DNA of 63,974 bases, counting the filler, from Hausera hauseri (Eukaryota), in NCBI GenBank assembly GCA_046269625.1. It is 12 parts of 12 records of this genome, joined end to end, with 100 filler letters (N's around TTAATTAATTAA, not from the genome) between each part and the next. Parts side by side here need not be neighbours in the genome. Positions count along the whole stretch, not along the records: positions 19,543 to 25,623 come from JBJURY010143980.1; positions 25,724 to 31,611 come from JBJURY010174083.1; positions 31,712 to 35,816 come from JBJURY010759318.1; positions 35,917 to 40,501 come from JBJURY010517348.1; 8 more parts are not named here. One strand, 5' to 3'. The notes beneath the pieces were generated by a model. That model ran no database searches. It had not been told where the DNA came from and worked only from the letters and a program-made list of their open reading frames with translations. Shown piece after piece: positions 23,974 to 36,870 of this stretch. A program made the position numbers and the translations under genes. Numbering within the stretch: position 1 is the first letter of the stretch; each line of letters starts with the position of its first letter.

Positions 23974-24879
23974 GTGCATTTGGATCTTTCAGGTTCTCTA
24001 CCTGCCGACAATGGTTATCAATATATCCTATCTATGATGGATCGCGTTTCTCGCTGGCCGGAAGCTGTTCCTCTTCGATCAACCAACACCGACTCAGTGG
24101 CTGATGCATTTATCAAGATATGGGTTAGCCGTTTTGGTTCACCACGTTACATCATAACGGACCAGGGTCCACAATTTGAAGTTAATCTTTTCAAACTTCT
24201 TGTAAAGCACTTAAAAATAGCTTATCTCCATACGACGCCATACCATCCCCAAGCAAATGGTCTTCTGGAGAGACTTCATCGTACCATGAAGATTTCCTTA
24301 AAAATCCTGACTAACAACAATCATAACTGGACCTCAATTCTTCCTCTAGTCCTACTCGGTTGGCGCAACACTCCATCCACCACCACAGGCTGTGCGCCAG
24401 CTGAAGCTCTCTTTGAAACACCAGTTCGTGCACTATTTGAGCACTCAAATCTCGACGAAAGTCCATCAGATGAAGTTATTCGTGCGGCACAGTCCCACTT
24501 TGCTGATGTAAACTTGAATGCCTTCTGTCGTCTTATAAACAAAGACAAATCTTATATCCCTGAGGACATATACTCAGCCAAGTTTGTATGGCTGAAGGAT
24601 CTGTCACCTTCTGATTTTCGGCTTCAATACGTTGGACCTTACAAATTACTCCATCTTTCTCCGTACACTTCCACTATTTTACGCAAGGACCAATCTCATA
24701 ATGTACACATTTCTAATCTTAAGCCAGCTTTCTTCGTTGATGATGATCAGGATAACATCATTGTTTTAAATCCCAACTCTAACTTCTCCACCCTCGAGCC
24801 ATCATCCAATTTCCTTTATGATTTTAATCCTTCGCAGCCGTCACAATCGCGTGACGACCAATTCTCTTTACTTCTGTAA
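23974..24879 (+). CDS. Gypsy integrase core (open fragment)
   Basis: DDE motifs and QYVGPYKLL (GPY/F). Confidence 0.9.
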   Translation: MHLDLSGSLPADNGYQYILSMMDRVSRWPEAVPLRSTNTDSVADAFIKIWVSRFGSPRYIITDQGPQFEVNLFKLLVKHLKIAYLHTTPYHPQANGLLERLHRTMKISLKILTNNNHNWTSILPLVLLGWRNTPSTTTGCAPAEALFETPVRALFEHSNLDESPSDEVIRAAQSHFADVNLNAFCRLINKDKSYIPEDIYSAKFVWLKDLSPSDFRLQYVGPYKLLHLSPYTSTILRKDQSHNVHISNLKPAFFVDDDQDNIIVLNPNSNFSTLEPSSNFLYDFNPSQPSQSRDDQFSLLL

Positions 24880-25222
24880 TGATCCAGTGTTCCTTCACCA
24901 TTTGCTTCTCCATCATTGCCTGCACATCAATTAATCATTTCACCTTCATCGCAGAATTCGCTGCCATCTCCAGTCTGGTCTTCTTCGCGTAATACTTTTC
25001 CGTTTTTAACTTTTTCTCCACTTTCACCTCTTCATGAAGCATCCTCCAGCATCACAAAATCAGCAATATCTCTCTCAGACGATTCCTCAAGTACCAGTAA
25101 CATCTAACAGATCACGTCATGTGGCGTTTAGCACTTACAGTAGGGCGAAGTTCATAGATGGAATTCAACGTCTAACACGAACCAAAACCGAATAGGTATA
25201 AGTTCTTCAGTAGGGGGGTAAA

Positions 25223-25623
25223 TGTGATTTATGCCCCACCCCCCGCGAGGGGGGAATCGAAAATCGATTTTGCACATGTGCCGATCGATAGTGCATACTG
25301 TGCACTATCGATCCATAAAGTGCCTGGCAACAGTGCCGCTAGGCACCGTTGCTAAGGGCACTTTTGCACTTTTCACTTATTGATCGCTGAACAGTGCAGT
25401 ATTGATAGAATCGATCGGAACAAAGTACTAATCGATAGAGCACATCGAGATGCATCGAATGGTGCACAGTGCAAATGTGCAGCACATGCGCAAGTGTGCA
25501 AAAATCAATAATGTTGGATTTTCGAGTTTTCAAAAATCGATCTTTTGGGCTCGAGACCGGGTGCAATCGCAAGTGCACTTGATGTTGTATATGAATGTGC
25601 AGTTAGAATTTAAATCGATTGAT
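25223..25623 (+). repeat. 3' LTR (truncated by contig end)
   Basis: TG start immediately after the PPT. Homologous to 18961-19330. Confidence 0.75.
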
Positions 25624-25723
25624 NNNNNNNNNNNNNNNNNNNNNNNNNNNNNNNNNNNNNNNNNNNNTTAATTAATTAANNNNNNNNNNNNNNNNNNNNN
25701 NNNNNNNNNNNNNNNNNNNNNNN

Positions 25724-26128
25724 ATAATAGCAATATCCCATGTACTGCGTCTCTCGCATACATGTGGTGGATCAGTGCCATCAACAGATGGAGAAGTATT
25801 ACAATGCAGGAGGAAAAAACACGTATTTGTGTCCAGAGTGTAATATTCAAACTGTCTGTACCCCGATTTTTATGAAATGCACAAGTATCATCTTGGTCCG
25901 TTTAATCGGTCTAAGAAAATGATGATTGAGCATTGACCCCACATACCCACACTACGGCAATAATATAGTGCACAATGTTAGTGGTTGTCATAGTGCTATA
26001 AAGCAGTACTATGGAACCACAACACTGCACAATAAAGGGCTTACATTTGTCCCGATTATTCAATAGTTGTTGAAATCAACTATGAACAATTTTACAATCT
26101 GCACAAGGATCACTTAAACCTGTTTTAG
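25724..26128 (+). pseudogene. Two-repeat CxxC...HxxH Zn-binding protein upstream of pPolB (frameshifted)
   Basis: HVVDQCHQQMEKYY...YLCPECNI...FYEMHKYH and HNVSGCHSAIKQYY...YICPDYSI...YEQFYNLHKDH. Confidence 0.6.
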
Positions 26129-26148
26129 CGGTGGGAAAATAACTAGTT

Positions 26149-29100
26149 ATGGACGCAACTAAAAGCAACATCCACTCAACAACCAGTAGGAAACGTCAGG
26201 CCTCAATAAGTCTTGACGACTTAATCAGAAACAGTACCAAACAGCAGCAGCAGCAACAACAACAAGAAGAACATGAGCAACAGGAACAGCAGGAACAGGA
26301 GTCTGACATTACCGTCAGGCACGATCTGAACATATCGTACGTGGACACTAAAATATGCATGTCACCGACAATAAAAACACAAGTGAGACATGTACCGTCC
26401 AATGTACGCCACCGGTTGGAATCCGAAGTGAAGAAATTTCAACACAACTGAAAAGTGCAGTATTATGCACTGGCAGAATTTGAAAATTTGGAAGGTGATA
26501 GGAAACCTTGGTGCCTATCACATCAAGCCGAACCGTATTCCAACGATTTTATTGCCGACGTAGGCAAAAAGCTCGACGAAAAAATCGCCAATTATACCGA
26601 AAAGAGTAGTGGCTGGCGAATGATAAAAATTATCATTCTCGGCTTTATTATAACAAAGTCGAGTGATATAATTTACTTGTCTGGACGATCATTTATACCG
26701 AAACATGCAGCTTTGAAGCAGTCTCTGGCGGTAGTGAATGTACAAAATACTGACGACAATGAATACTGTTTTCTGTACAGTATTCTGGCTGTAGTGAAGT
26801 ACAGTGAAGAGAACAGATATCGTGCTAATTGTCCAAATCAGTATCGGCAGTATTTTTCTGAATTGGGTTTCGATAAAAGCTGGATGTCGATGAAACTAAA
26901 ACCATACCGGCCTTCGAACGGCGTAATCCGACACTGTTAATCAACGTTTTCCGGTATAACTTAATAGTTGAAATACCGGTAGATGAAGAAATCTATAAGA
27001 ATCTCCATGTGGATATAATGTATCGAACCCGAAATCCAAATGGACGCCCAGTAAATGTGTTGCTGATGGAGCATGCGAAAAAGTATCATCACGTGGTTGT
27101 GCAAAATTTGGATAGATTGCTGAACATGGATAATGATCAGTTTATCAAAAAACGAATATGATGCAAATGGTGTCCTATGTGTCTGCACGGCTTCGAAACA
27201 CAAACGACATGGGAAAATTATGTGAAGTTATGCAGACAAAATGCAACAGGAACAACAATATATGTCATACCAGTTAAAAAGGAGCTGAACTTCAGTGAGT
27301 GGTTGAAAACCGACAGTCCAGCATACGTTATATATGCTGATATTGAGGCAATTCTACCACAACACAACCTATATGGTCAAAAACATTCCAACTCCCGTCA
27401 GCATGCTGGTTGTCCCAATAAAAGCCGCAGGTCAACCGCAATATTATATTTTCATGGCTGGAACTGCGTACACAATTTCCTGCATCAGTTGAAAACAATA
27501 GTAGAAATGGAAATCGTACCCCGCTACAGTAGAAATAGCAATAAACCCTTGATGCGGACAGATGGATATGAACCATTGATGTTTGCAATTACCGATGAAT
27601 GTTACCTGTGCCACAAAATATTACTGTTTGATGCAGAGGAACGGCTCGTACCAGATCACGATCATTTTATCGGTCGATACTTGGGAGAGGCATGCAATTT
27701 ATGCAATTTGGCAAGGCGTGTGCTGCCATTCCTACCGCTGATCTTTCACAACTTTAGGGGTTATGATTGTCACCATATTTTGAAATGGGCAGTAAACGGA
27801 TTTCCGCATAGGGAACTATCCATAATTCCGATTACGATGGAGAAATACCTGTCACTGTCTGCTCGTATAAACCGTTTCCAGGTACGCTTCCTCGATTCAT
27901 TGCAATTTCTCAATGAATCTCTGGCAAAGCTGGTAAATGCCTTGCCAGATGTGCCACTAACATTGACTCAATTCTCTGTGCATATTGCGCGTAGCAAAGG
28001 CATATTCCCGTATTACTTTGCGATATCGTACGAGTGGCTTCAGACGACAGACGAATTACCACCGCAATGGCCCGGTATCACAGAAGATGAATTTCACAAA
28101 GCACAGTCGTTTTGGGAAGAGCTCGGCTGCAGAAACCTGTTGGAATACATGCTTCAGTATCTAAAATCGGATGTGTACTTATTTCGAGATAAAGCGTTGG
28201 CAGAAGATAGGCTAGTGCCACTCAACTTTTACTCAATACCCGGAATGAGTTGGGCATCAGCTGTGTTGTCACTGGATCGGGATATCGAGCTATTGAATGA
28301 CCCGGAAATGTACCGAATGTTCGATGTTGGTATTCGTGGCGGCATGACATTTGTCAACAAGCATCACGTAACCAGTAATGATACCACATCACTGTTGTAT
28401 ATCAACATTAATTACCTGTACGGCTGGGCGTTTGCGCAACTCTTGCGTACTGTTCATTCGAATGGTTAGTGGACAAACAGGACCTGGACGCAATAATAGA
28501 AAATCTGCCGAGTGCAGACACGGCAGAAAACAGATCAATCGGATACCTGATGGAAGTCGATCTCGTGGTACTAGATGAACTGCATGACTTTCTGGATAAA
28601 CTGCCGGTCGTACCAATCAGCCAATGTCTATCGGGCTAGTAGGTGAAGAAGCTTCTTATGACGCATGAACCTAAACAAAACTACGTAGTTCATTTGCGTC
28701 TGTTGCAATTTTAAATGAATTTTGGTGTACGCGTTACACAGCTGCATCACGCAATCCGATTCGCACAGGCTCCGATATTCAAGCCGTATACCAGTCAAAA
28801 TTCGGAAAAACGAGTTGCAACTTGTACGAAGTTTGAAAAAGACTATTATAAACTGAAAAACAATTCGCTCTATGGAAAGACAGCAGAGAATCTGAAAAAT
28901 CGGCTCAATGTACACTTGTGCAATAGCGAAAAGCGGTTAGTCACGTACACGAGCAAGGCGCAGTTCAGGCGATCAATGCACATTACCGATGGATTGGTTG
29001 CCGTGCTTTGCAACAGGGAAGAAGTCGTACTAGACCGGCCAAGTTATATAGGACAAGTGGTATTTGATCTGAGCAAGTTGCGGATGTATGAGCTGCAGTA

Positions 29101-29643
29101 TCGCGATTTGGCACGTTACCGGCAAATGTTTGGTGGATGCAGTTTAATATAATTGCCGGTGACACAGATAGTTTTTTCTTGGAATTGGAAAACGTTAATC
29201 GCGAACAACTACTGCGGAAAATGGTGGCAGGCGGATTACTGGATACGTCCAATTACACACAGAATAATCCATTGTATAGCAACGCCATCACTAACAAAAT
29301 CGGCTGCTTCAAGGATGAAAGTGAAGGTCGGCTTCAGCATCGGGAATGGGTATTTCTACGGCCATAATGTTGTAGCGTTTTAATTGACTGTGGATCGAAA
29401 TTGCGCGCCAAAGGAGTTCGGTTGGCCCAGACGAAAATAAACCACAGTGATTATCGCCTTATCTATGAAGGAGGAGACAGAAGAAAATCAAAGGCTGTTG
29501 TGTCTCAAATGATCATCCAATCGATTCAGCATTAGCTGTATACGGTGACCAATACAAAAGGCGCTTTATCATGCAGTGATGATAAGCGTAAGTGGGTGGG
29601 GCGAAATAAGAGTCTGGTGTACGGACATTGGCGTTTGGAATAA
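26149..29643 (+). pseudogene. Second Polinton/Maverick-type pPolB, decayed
   Basis: KSSGW, YCFLYSILA, VIYADIEA, CYLC...DHDHFIGRYLGEACNLCNL, FHNFRGYDCHH, GIRGGM, YININYLYGWA, KLKNNSLYGKTAEN, AGDTDS, IGCFKDE, DDKR. Poly-Q/E linker at 26241-26300. Confidence 0.93.
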
Positions 29644-29878
29644 AACATGCACATGCATGAATTCGGTGCTGATGATGCAGACAGATCAAAATGATCCATT
29701 TACTGTAACAATCCATTGTGATCTGTGTGTTACATAAATAATGTATATTGTTCGTTGTTTTTGCCTTTTGTTTTATTATCATCTAATTTATCTATATACA
29801 TACTTAATATGACGCAAAACAATATCAAGAACAAAATCAATAAAATTTATTAATTATAAGCTAAAATCAAAAACAAAG

Positions 29879-30289
29879 TCAAACAAGCGTAAACTTTCCC
29901 AGCTTCCATATTGGTGATTTAACGCCGTGCAGATCCGTGTATCTTTTCAACTTCAATGTTAGATAGCCTTTAGCTCCTTCACGTGGCAAAACTGCTGCTG
30001 TTTCTCCGCTGTGTGAACTGATAATATTTGTCATATTTTTTTTGAGAAAAATCGACGATGTATCTCGGATATCATTACTCAACACCAAATCACTGTCAAC
30101 TTTTCTAATTGTTTTTTCCATTGTATCCAAATCATCGTCGCTGATCTTTTTCACCAATAGACCATATTTCACCGGTTTGATTTTGACCGTTTGCGTCAAT
30201 AGCGTTTGAATAGCGTTGCGCAGATAATGTAAGTTGTATCCATTATACAACCGGGAAATTCTGAGCGAATACTCGCTGTACCGCGACAT
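29879..30289 (-). CDS. Hypothetical Polinton-associated protein (about 136 aa from MSRY)
   Basis: Open ORF convergent on pPolB. TATAAATA upstream (about 30374-30381 on minus). Shared AT-rich polyA region at 29800-29880. Confidence 0.5.
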   Translation of the reverse strand: MSRYSEYSLRISRLYNGYNLHYLRNAIQTLLTQTVKIKPVKYGLLVKKISDDDLDTMEKTIRKVDSDLVLSNDIRDTSSIFLKKNMTNIISSHSGETAAVLPREGAKGYLTLKLKRYTDLHGVKSPIWKLGKFTLV

Positions 30290-32289
30290 TTTTGACAGAC
30301 TCGCGGAATTGTCACCTAAATTGTTTTCCAAAGAAATTTTAAAGAAGACAAACGTGAAGTGAAATTGCATCCTTATTTATATCAGATTTGTTCATACTGG
30401 TTTGTTTTCATTGTAAACAATAGACATTTACTTTGTGAGTATTGTCTCGTATCAGAATGATACATATTGTCTCATCACAATGATACGTACTATTTAAAAT
30501 TACCTCCACGTCACTGAAGCCAATGACACTGTTTCGTTCGGTTATTTAAGTCATTCGTAATAAATGTGTACAATTTCCATTATAGCACATTTATATTTTG
30601 GACACTGGTGGGTTACTTCGGTGGAACACATTTAACAAACAACGAGATGGCCGCACATTAGCAATACCGTATCAACTTTTCTTTTTTACATAGTACACAC
30701 ATAAACTGACAGTCTCGTACTTTGTCCATTATTTTCTCTTTCAAGTCCTTTAATTCACCGCGTACATTTTCAACAGTATTTAAGTACATTTGATTTAACA
30801 CAATAATTAGATTTTCTAGAGGTACAATCTGTTGTTGCTGTCATCAGGGCTATTGACGCTAAATCTTTAAATCCAAAATCACCTGCTGCTGTAGCAACCA
30901 AATCACTATCACGTACTTGCCACCATCGTACCAAGTCTGAAATTGATAATCCATCAAAATTTTGCAATTTCTTCAGTTGATTAACTATTTCCATGATGAT
31001 GATGATTAATATTATTTCCTACCCGTATTTATAGCTTTAGAATTATTCATCTAACCGATACGGCGTACCTTATTAACGGAAACAAAAAAAGAAACAGAGA
31101 AATACATTTATTTAATTATTTGCATGAGATATAGTCAATACAAAGCTGTAGACATTTTTTGTAAACACAATTCGGTCTATGATAACGATATGGACATATA
31201 ATATTGTTAGGTACCATAGCCAGCGAGCTCTTCGATGTTGTTGTTGAATACGTCGTCATTCGCAACTCGAGAAACTGTGAGTAGAGTTGCGTAAACTTTT
31301 GTTTGTCAATTTGATCTTTAATGTAAAATATTGTATTTTCAATGTCAAAACGATCACAAATGTCTCTCATGATACATGATACGCAAAATGCTGAACTAAA
31401 AAGTCTATGACGACATCGTATAAGATATCCATTGGTAATTTTTACCTTTTATATCAACTGAATACCTACACAAGCGGTTTAAAAATGTTACTGACGTCCA
31501 TAATGCATAATTCCTTTATTATATACCGGGCATTATCATCTTGGAAAGCTTTAATATCTATAAATCCTGCTGCCATTACTTATGTACAAAATCATTTTTT
31601 GTTTATAACAANNNNNNNNNNNNNNNNNNNNNNNNNNNNNNNNNNNNNNNNNNNNTTAATTAATTAANNNNNNNNNNNNNNNNNNNNNNNNNNNNNNNNN
31701 NNNNNNNNNNNATCTGTTGTGACAAACTTATTCTGAAAACCAGACGTTTGGTCAAATTGGGACCATTTGGAGTATTCACGATATCAGCGACTATTTCACA
31801 TTCATCCAGAACGACGCTCTCATTTGGGGAACGCTTCTGAATCTCAATAGACTCCCAGATGAATTCGGAAAGAAATATCCCGACGGCTTCATACTAATTT
31901 TCGACAATACTCAACTGTACAGAAAGCAAATCAATTGGCCAGTTACGAATATCATTTTCCCAATACTAACCAAAAGGTTGGTGCATTTGATATATTTACC
32001 TTTCATACATTTGTTTATGGACCTTAGATTTCATATTTTTTCTATAATACTTCTCAGTTCATTTGAACATATTTACCGTCAACGCTTGATTAAATTCGCA
32101 GAGAGTGAGTCGTTAATTGATGAAATGCCATTTGATTCAGTGTCGGACCAATTATTAGAAAGACATTTAACAAGTTTTCGAAAAGCCAGTGTTACATGTA
32201 AACCGAGCTGTAGTCCAGCGCTTACCTCCTCGGTTGGGCAATCCGACTGTTATATCGCAGGGATTTTGGGGGCGCCCCTGTTTTACGCA

Positions 32290-35200
32290 CCACATTATGT
32301 ACCCAACATAGCTGAAAACTTTATCTTCCTCTCTCTTGCTTGAAAACAGACACGCATACATACTACATACATCAAACTGCAACTATCGCAAATTTGTCTG
32401 GCGTGTTCCAACAAGAAATATTCCCGACTAATTTTCGTTCTAGTTTTAACGGAATTTTTTGCAACAATCAGACATTATCGCTAACTACACTCGCTCCTCT
32501 CCGACACCTATAATTACTGCACACTATCGTCTCTTAGGTGGATCCGATCCAAATGCATCTTCTAAGGACCAACAAGATTTTGCCGATATTCCAACTATAA
32601 GTATACTATTAAATTCGCCTCTACCCCCGTCGTCTACTGTAAATCTACCTTGCGTAGAATACTTTGTCGACAAGCAACACTGTAGTAGGACGTGGTTGGA
32701 TTTTCATGCGGCTTAGTTGAAGTCAAATAATATTGTCGATTCGTTTCTTAAAGCAAATAATTTACTTATACTCTTGCCTTTCAACATTAAGTCGCAGCTT
32801 CCCAATTTGTCGGAAATTTTCCAAAATAGTGTCCCATACCAAACACTTTTTAATTTGATTTTAAAAATCATCAAACCATCTCTGGATAACATTATACATA
32901 AATATTTCAATGACAACACAATAGGAACATTAAAACCATCAGAATTTCTGCAAACCTCAGTAACTCAATTGAGCACTCTTGGCGTTAATCAAGCGAACAA
33001 CGCCGATTTATTACGCAGGTATTTCCTGCAATCTTTGCCCAGAGACATACGTGCGCTGCTGACCACAGTAGAGGACACATCATCATTACAAAAACTAGCA
33101 CAACTAGTTGACAAAAGCCACGATATACTACATGCACATATAGCCCCATTAATAGCCACTACGTTACAAACACCAACAACTCAACAAGCTAATGACATTG
33201 CTCGTTTAAACTCAGAAAAATTCCTTACGGGCTGAAAACACGACAATAAACCAAGTCATTTCTGCTCTAACGTCTAAACTGGACAATTTATCCATGCCGA
33301 GACGAGAAAAATTTACGACTAATCACAGTCGCGCTTCATCGAGCAGTTCGAAATCCCCTAGATCACCTACACGATCAATGGTGTGCTATTACCACACCAA
33401 ATTTAAAGAACTCTACTAAATTCTGTTTAGGTTGCAGATTTTATGAGCCCCATTAAAACGACCTGACATTATCTGTATTTATCATGACAAATTTAATTCT
33501 AAAGCACATAATTGCATTACAGGTTGCACTTTCGCTAACCCGTCTAATTCACCACGGCCTATCTTTTCCAACAACATAAGTCCTGTGCTTCCAAAAAACT
33601 TATAAAGCCGCCAGATGTTTCGGCACATACTGGGACAGGCAAATGTCTTCAATTTAGTAGCCGTACTTATGCCGTTTTTACACTAAAAGCTTCTTTAACC
33701 TCCGAATCTAATCATTTAATTAATTTCCTCATTGACTCTGGGGCAGCTGTTTCTTAATTACCACCATCCATTAAAACACTATCTATCTCACCGTCTAACA
33801 CCAAACTGTATACAGCAAATGGCCAAGCTTTACATATTTTCGGCACATCCAAAGTTTCATTCACGTTATCACCATTCTCCGACATTTTCAATTGGGCATT
33901 CATCGTTGCCGACACACAATCTCCAATACTTGGATCTGATTTTTTATCTTTCTACAACCTCCTTGTAGATTGTAGACAACGTCGTATCATCAAATGCAGT
34001 TCAACAAAACCTACCTCTACAAATAACCAACAAATCATGCAAACTATCTCGCCTATAAAAATTGATATTAAAAGAACCATCAGCCGAAGCAAATAATAAC
34101 GTCGTTAATACCATTATAAATAATCCATCGTTTTTGTTGCAGTCTGGTAATAGAGGAACAAAAAGCTTTGACAAGGACGATTTAGGCGACTCAATTTCTA
34201 GCCTTTCACACACTAAGTCCAATCAAACCACTGTCGTGACAACAACAGCCTTTACTAAGCTTAGCCAAGAAATGCAACAATATCTAACCAAATCTTGTTT
34301 CCATACAATTAAAAAAGGCCCAGCATTTCGACCGGCTAACACGACGCTTCATCATATCATCACAGACAACCTTAGGCCCCTTAGGCAGAAACTCCGCCCA
34401 CTTTCACCACGCCGTCGACAGGTAGTACAAACGGAATTCTCTGCACTCGAGCAAACTGGAATTATAAAACGCTCTAAATCACCATGGGCATCACCACTCC
34501 ACGTCGTCCCAAAGAAAGATGGCACATTCCGTCCATGCAGTGATTATCGACAACTTAATAATGTGACAACCATGGATGCTTATCCCCTACCGTTGATTAA
34601 GGATATATTGCATTCTTTACACAAGATTACGATTTATTCAACCATAGATCTCGAAAAAGCCTACCATCAAATACTGGTAGCACCAGAAGACATCCCAAAA
34701 ACGGCAATTATAACACCTTTTGGTCTTTTCGAATATGCATTCATGCCGTTCGGTTTAAAGAACGCAGCACAAACTTTCCAACAGCACATTGATTCAGTTC
34801 TTTGAGGCTTGCCATTTGTATATCCGTACATCGATGACATATTAGTCGCATCGGCATAGCTCAAACAACACGAAGAACATCTCAGACTAGTTTTCCAACG
34901 CTTGCAAAACTACACTTTGCAAGTGAAGTTTTCTAAGTGTTCCTTTTTTCAGAAAACGGTCACTTTTCGTGGCCACGTATCACACCTGACGGTCACAGTC
35001 CACAGCCTGATAGAATCCATCAGGTAAGAAACATCGAGCTACCAAAAACCACTACTGATATGCGTAGTTTCCTTGGACTTTACATTTTGTACATAAATAC
35101 ATCCCACATTGTAGTCAGTTAACCGCTCCTTTCGCTCAACTAGGAGCAGGCCCGAAGAAAAAGCTCATATGTTGGACACCAGAACTTGTTATCTAGTTCG

Positions 35201-35816
35201 ACGAACTCCGCGACATGCTTAAAACTCTCGAAATTTTAGCTTACCCAAAACCTGATTCTGACCAAATTTTAACAACCGATGCATCAACTACAGCAGTAGG
35301 AGCGGTTTCTCATCAAATATCTCAAGGAATAAATCAGCCATTAGAATTCTTTTGACGCAAGCTGCAACCACAAGAATGCCGTTATTCCACCTTCGATAGA
35401 GAACTCTTAGCCATTGTTTTAGCTCTGAAACATTTTTCACATTTGCTTATTGCTGGTTCCTTCACTATTCAAACGGACCATAAACATCTCGTTCACGTAT
35501 TGAACATTAAACAACCATCACTCCGACAAGAACGCCATATCTCATATCTGTCAACATTCAAGTTCAAAATTTGCCATATTTCCGGCACAGACAATTTAAT
35601 AGACGACTTCTTATCATGGTCAGTTGGTGCTTTCAATGTAACACCAATATTTTTTAAGGAACAATGAATCCAAAATTACCCTTCCGCTGAAACTCTTAAA
35701 CAATACTAATCCATACAAATCATCGATGGAATAGCCATGGACACGTCGACGCCTGGGCAACATTTGCCAATTTTGGCACCTTCTCTCCAACAAACTGCGT
35801 TTCAACACGTTCATTC
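32290..35816 (+). mobile_element. CsRN1-like Gypsy, copy B (UBL-Gag-PR-RT-RH-INT start), decayed, truncated by contig end
   Basis: Gag 32717-33235 (PYQTLF...LKPSEFL...RRYFLQSLPRDIRALL), CYYHTKF, PR FLIDSGAAVS, RT SPWASPLHVVPKKDGTFRPCSDYRQLN, YIDDILV, RH TTDAST/TDHKHL. Confidence 0.92.
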
Positions 35817-36116
35817 NNNNNNNNNNNNNNNNNNNNNNNNNNNNNNNNNNNNNNNNNNNNTTAATTAATTAANNNNNNNNNNNNNNNNNNNNNNNNNNNN
35901 NNNNNNNNNNNNNNNNACTTTTCAAAACGGCATTTCTTGCCCATACTGCCGACAACCATCAGTATACTACCACTTCTCCTACACCTACGACAACCGAACC
36001 CAAAGACTGTGCCATTGGATGAACCCCGTGAACGATGCGACACTGACAGTCAAACCCAGAAACCTCAGCTTCATCGATGCCAGTACTCAGAGTGATCCGG
36101 AGGACCGAATCCTTTT

Positions 36117-36490
36117 TCAAAAGGGGGAGAAATGTTGAGACACTCTATTGTTTGTGTTGAGACACTCTATTGTTTGAGTGTTGAGACACTCTATTGTTTG
36201 TGTTGAGACACTCTATTGTTTGAGCAGACGTTGAGACGTTGAGACACTTTATTGTTTGAAACCGAAATCGAAATATATAACATTTTGAAAATATACATTT
36301 TATGATAACCTTTTGATTTGTAAATATTATGATATGATAGTCTTTTGAATAGTCTTTTGATTGGCAATCTTTTGATTTGTAAATATTTATTATGATATGA
36401 TAATTTTTTGAATTGTAAATATTAAGGTCACAATAACAAATACAATTAAAACCCTTTTTATATTGTCGAGCCTCCATGATAGGCAAACAC
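36117..36490 (+). repeat. PPT plus LTR-like sequence starting with a 22-24-bp tandem repeat
   Basis: AAAAGGGGGAGAAA then TGTTGAGACACTCTATTGTTTG x4-5 (36133-36260), followed by duplicated TTTTGATTTGTAAATATT...ATGATATGATA. Confidence 0.65.
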
Positions 36491-36609
36491 TTTTATCTGT
36501 ACTGTTCATTGTATATCAAATGTGATCCAGTATAACGACCTCGAGTGATTATTGTATTGGGAGATGTTAAAATTGTTGAGATCAAAAGTTAAAGTAAAAT
36601 TATAAAATG

Positions 36610-36870
36610 GAATATAAGGTCAATAGAATATCGAAATTGGAAAACCGAAGGTCAATTGAATTTGAAAATATAAGGTCAATGGAATATTGAAGTTGAATTT
36701 TGAAACCCGATTGAATGACGTATGTACGTTGAATTTTGAAACCAGATTGACGTCATTCGAAGTCAGTTGATCAAATTGTAAATCGGAATTGGAAATTCGA
36801 ATGACGTATGAAAATTGAAATTTGAAATTAGATTGACGTCATTCGAATCAGATATATATATATAAATACC
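36610..36870 (+). promoter_or_regulatory. Promoter-like cluster: AAGGTCAA x3, TGACGT x4, TATA
   Basis: AAGGTCAA at about 36616, 36648 and 36672; TGACGT(A/C) at about 36716, 36748, 36802 and 36835 within a duplicated unit; TATATATATATAAATA at about 36853. Confidence 0.4.

Larger units (their letters stand above)
20272..25623 (+). mobile_element. CsRN1-like Ty3/Gypsy LTR retrotransposon, copy A (UBL-Gag-PR-RT-RH-INT, PPT, 3' LTR), decayed
   Basis: Gag PYETLCEAV...RRYFLSSLPTSNRALL...LAITADK; PR FLIDSGAAFSLLP; RT WASPLHVV, RPCGDYRQLN, YIDDILV; RH TTDAST, TDHKPL; INT HLDLSG, TDQGPQFE, TTPYHPQANGLLERLHR; PPT AGTAGGGGGGTAAA at 25209-25222. Confidence 0.93.

Noticed and set aside
26196-26402. Cys-rich minus-strand ORF (metallothionein-like)
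   Set aside because: Antisense of the CAG/CAA poly-Q/E linker.
5240-29643. Alternative genetic code to explain the many in-frame stops
   Set aside because: All three stop types plus frameshifts occur in the TE genes while the MFS genes are clean, so ordinary decay explains it.
36133-36260. Regular 22-24-bp repeats resembling a CRISPR array
   Set aside because: Head-to-tail with no unique spacers, directly after a PPT, eukaryotic context and no cas genes.
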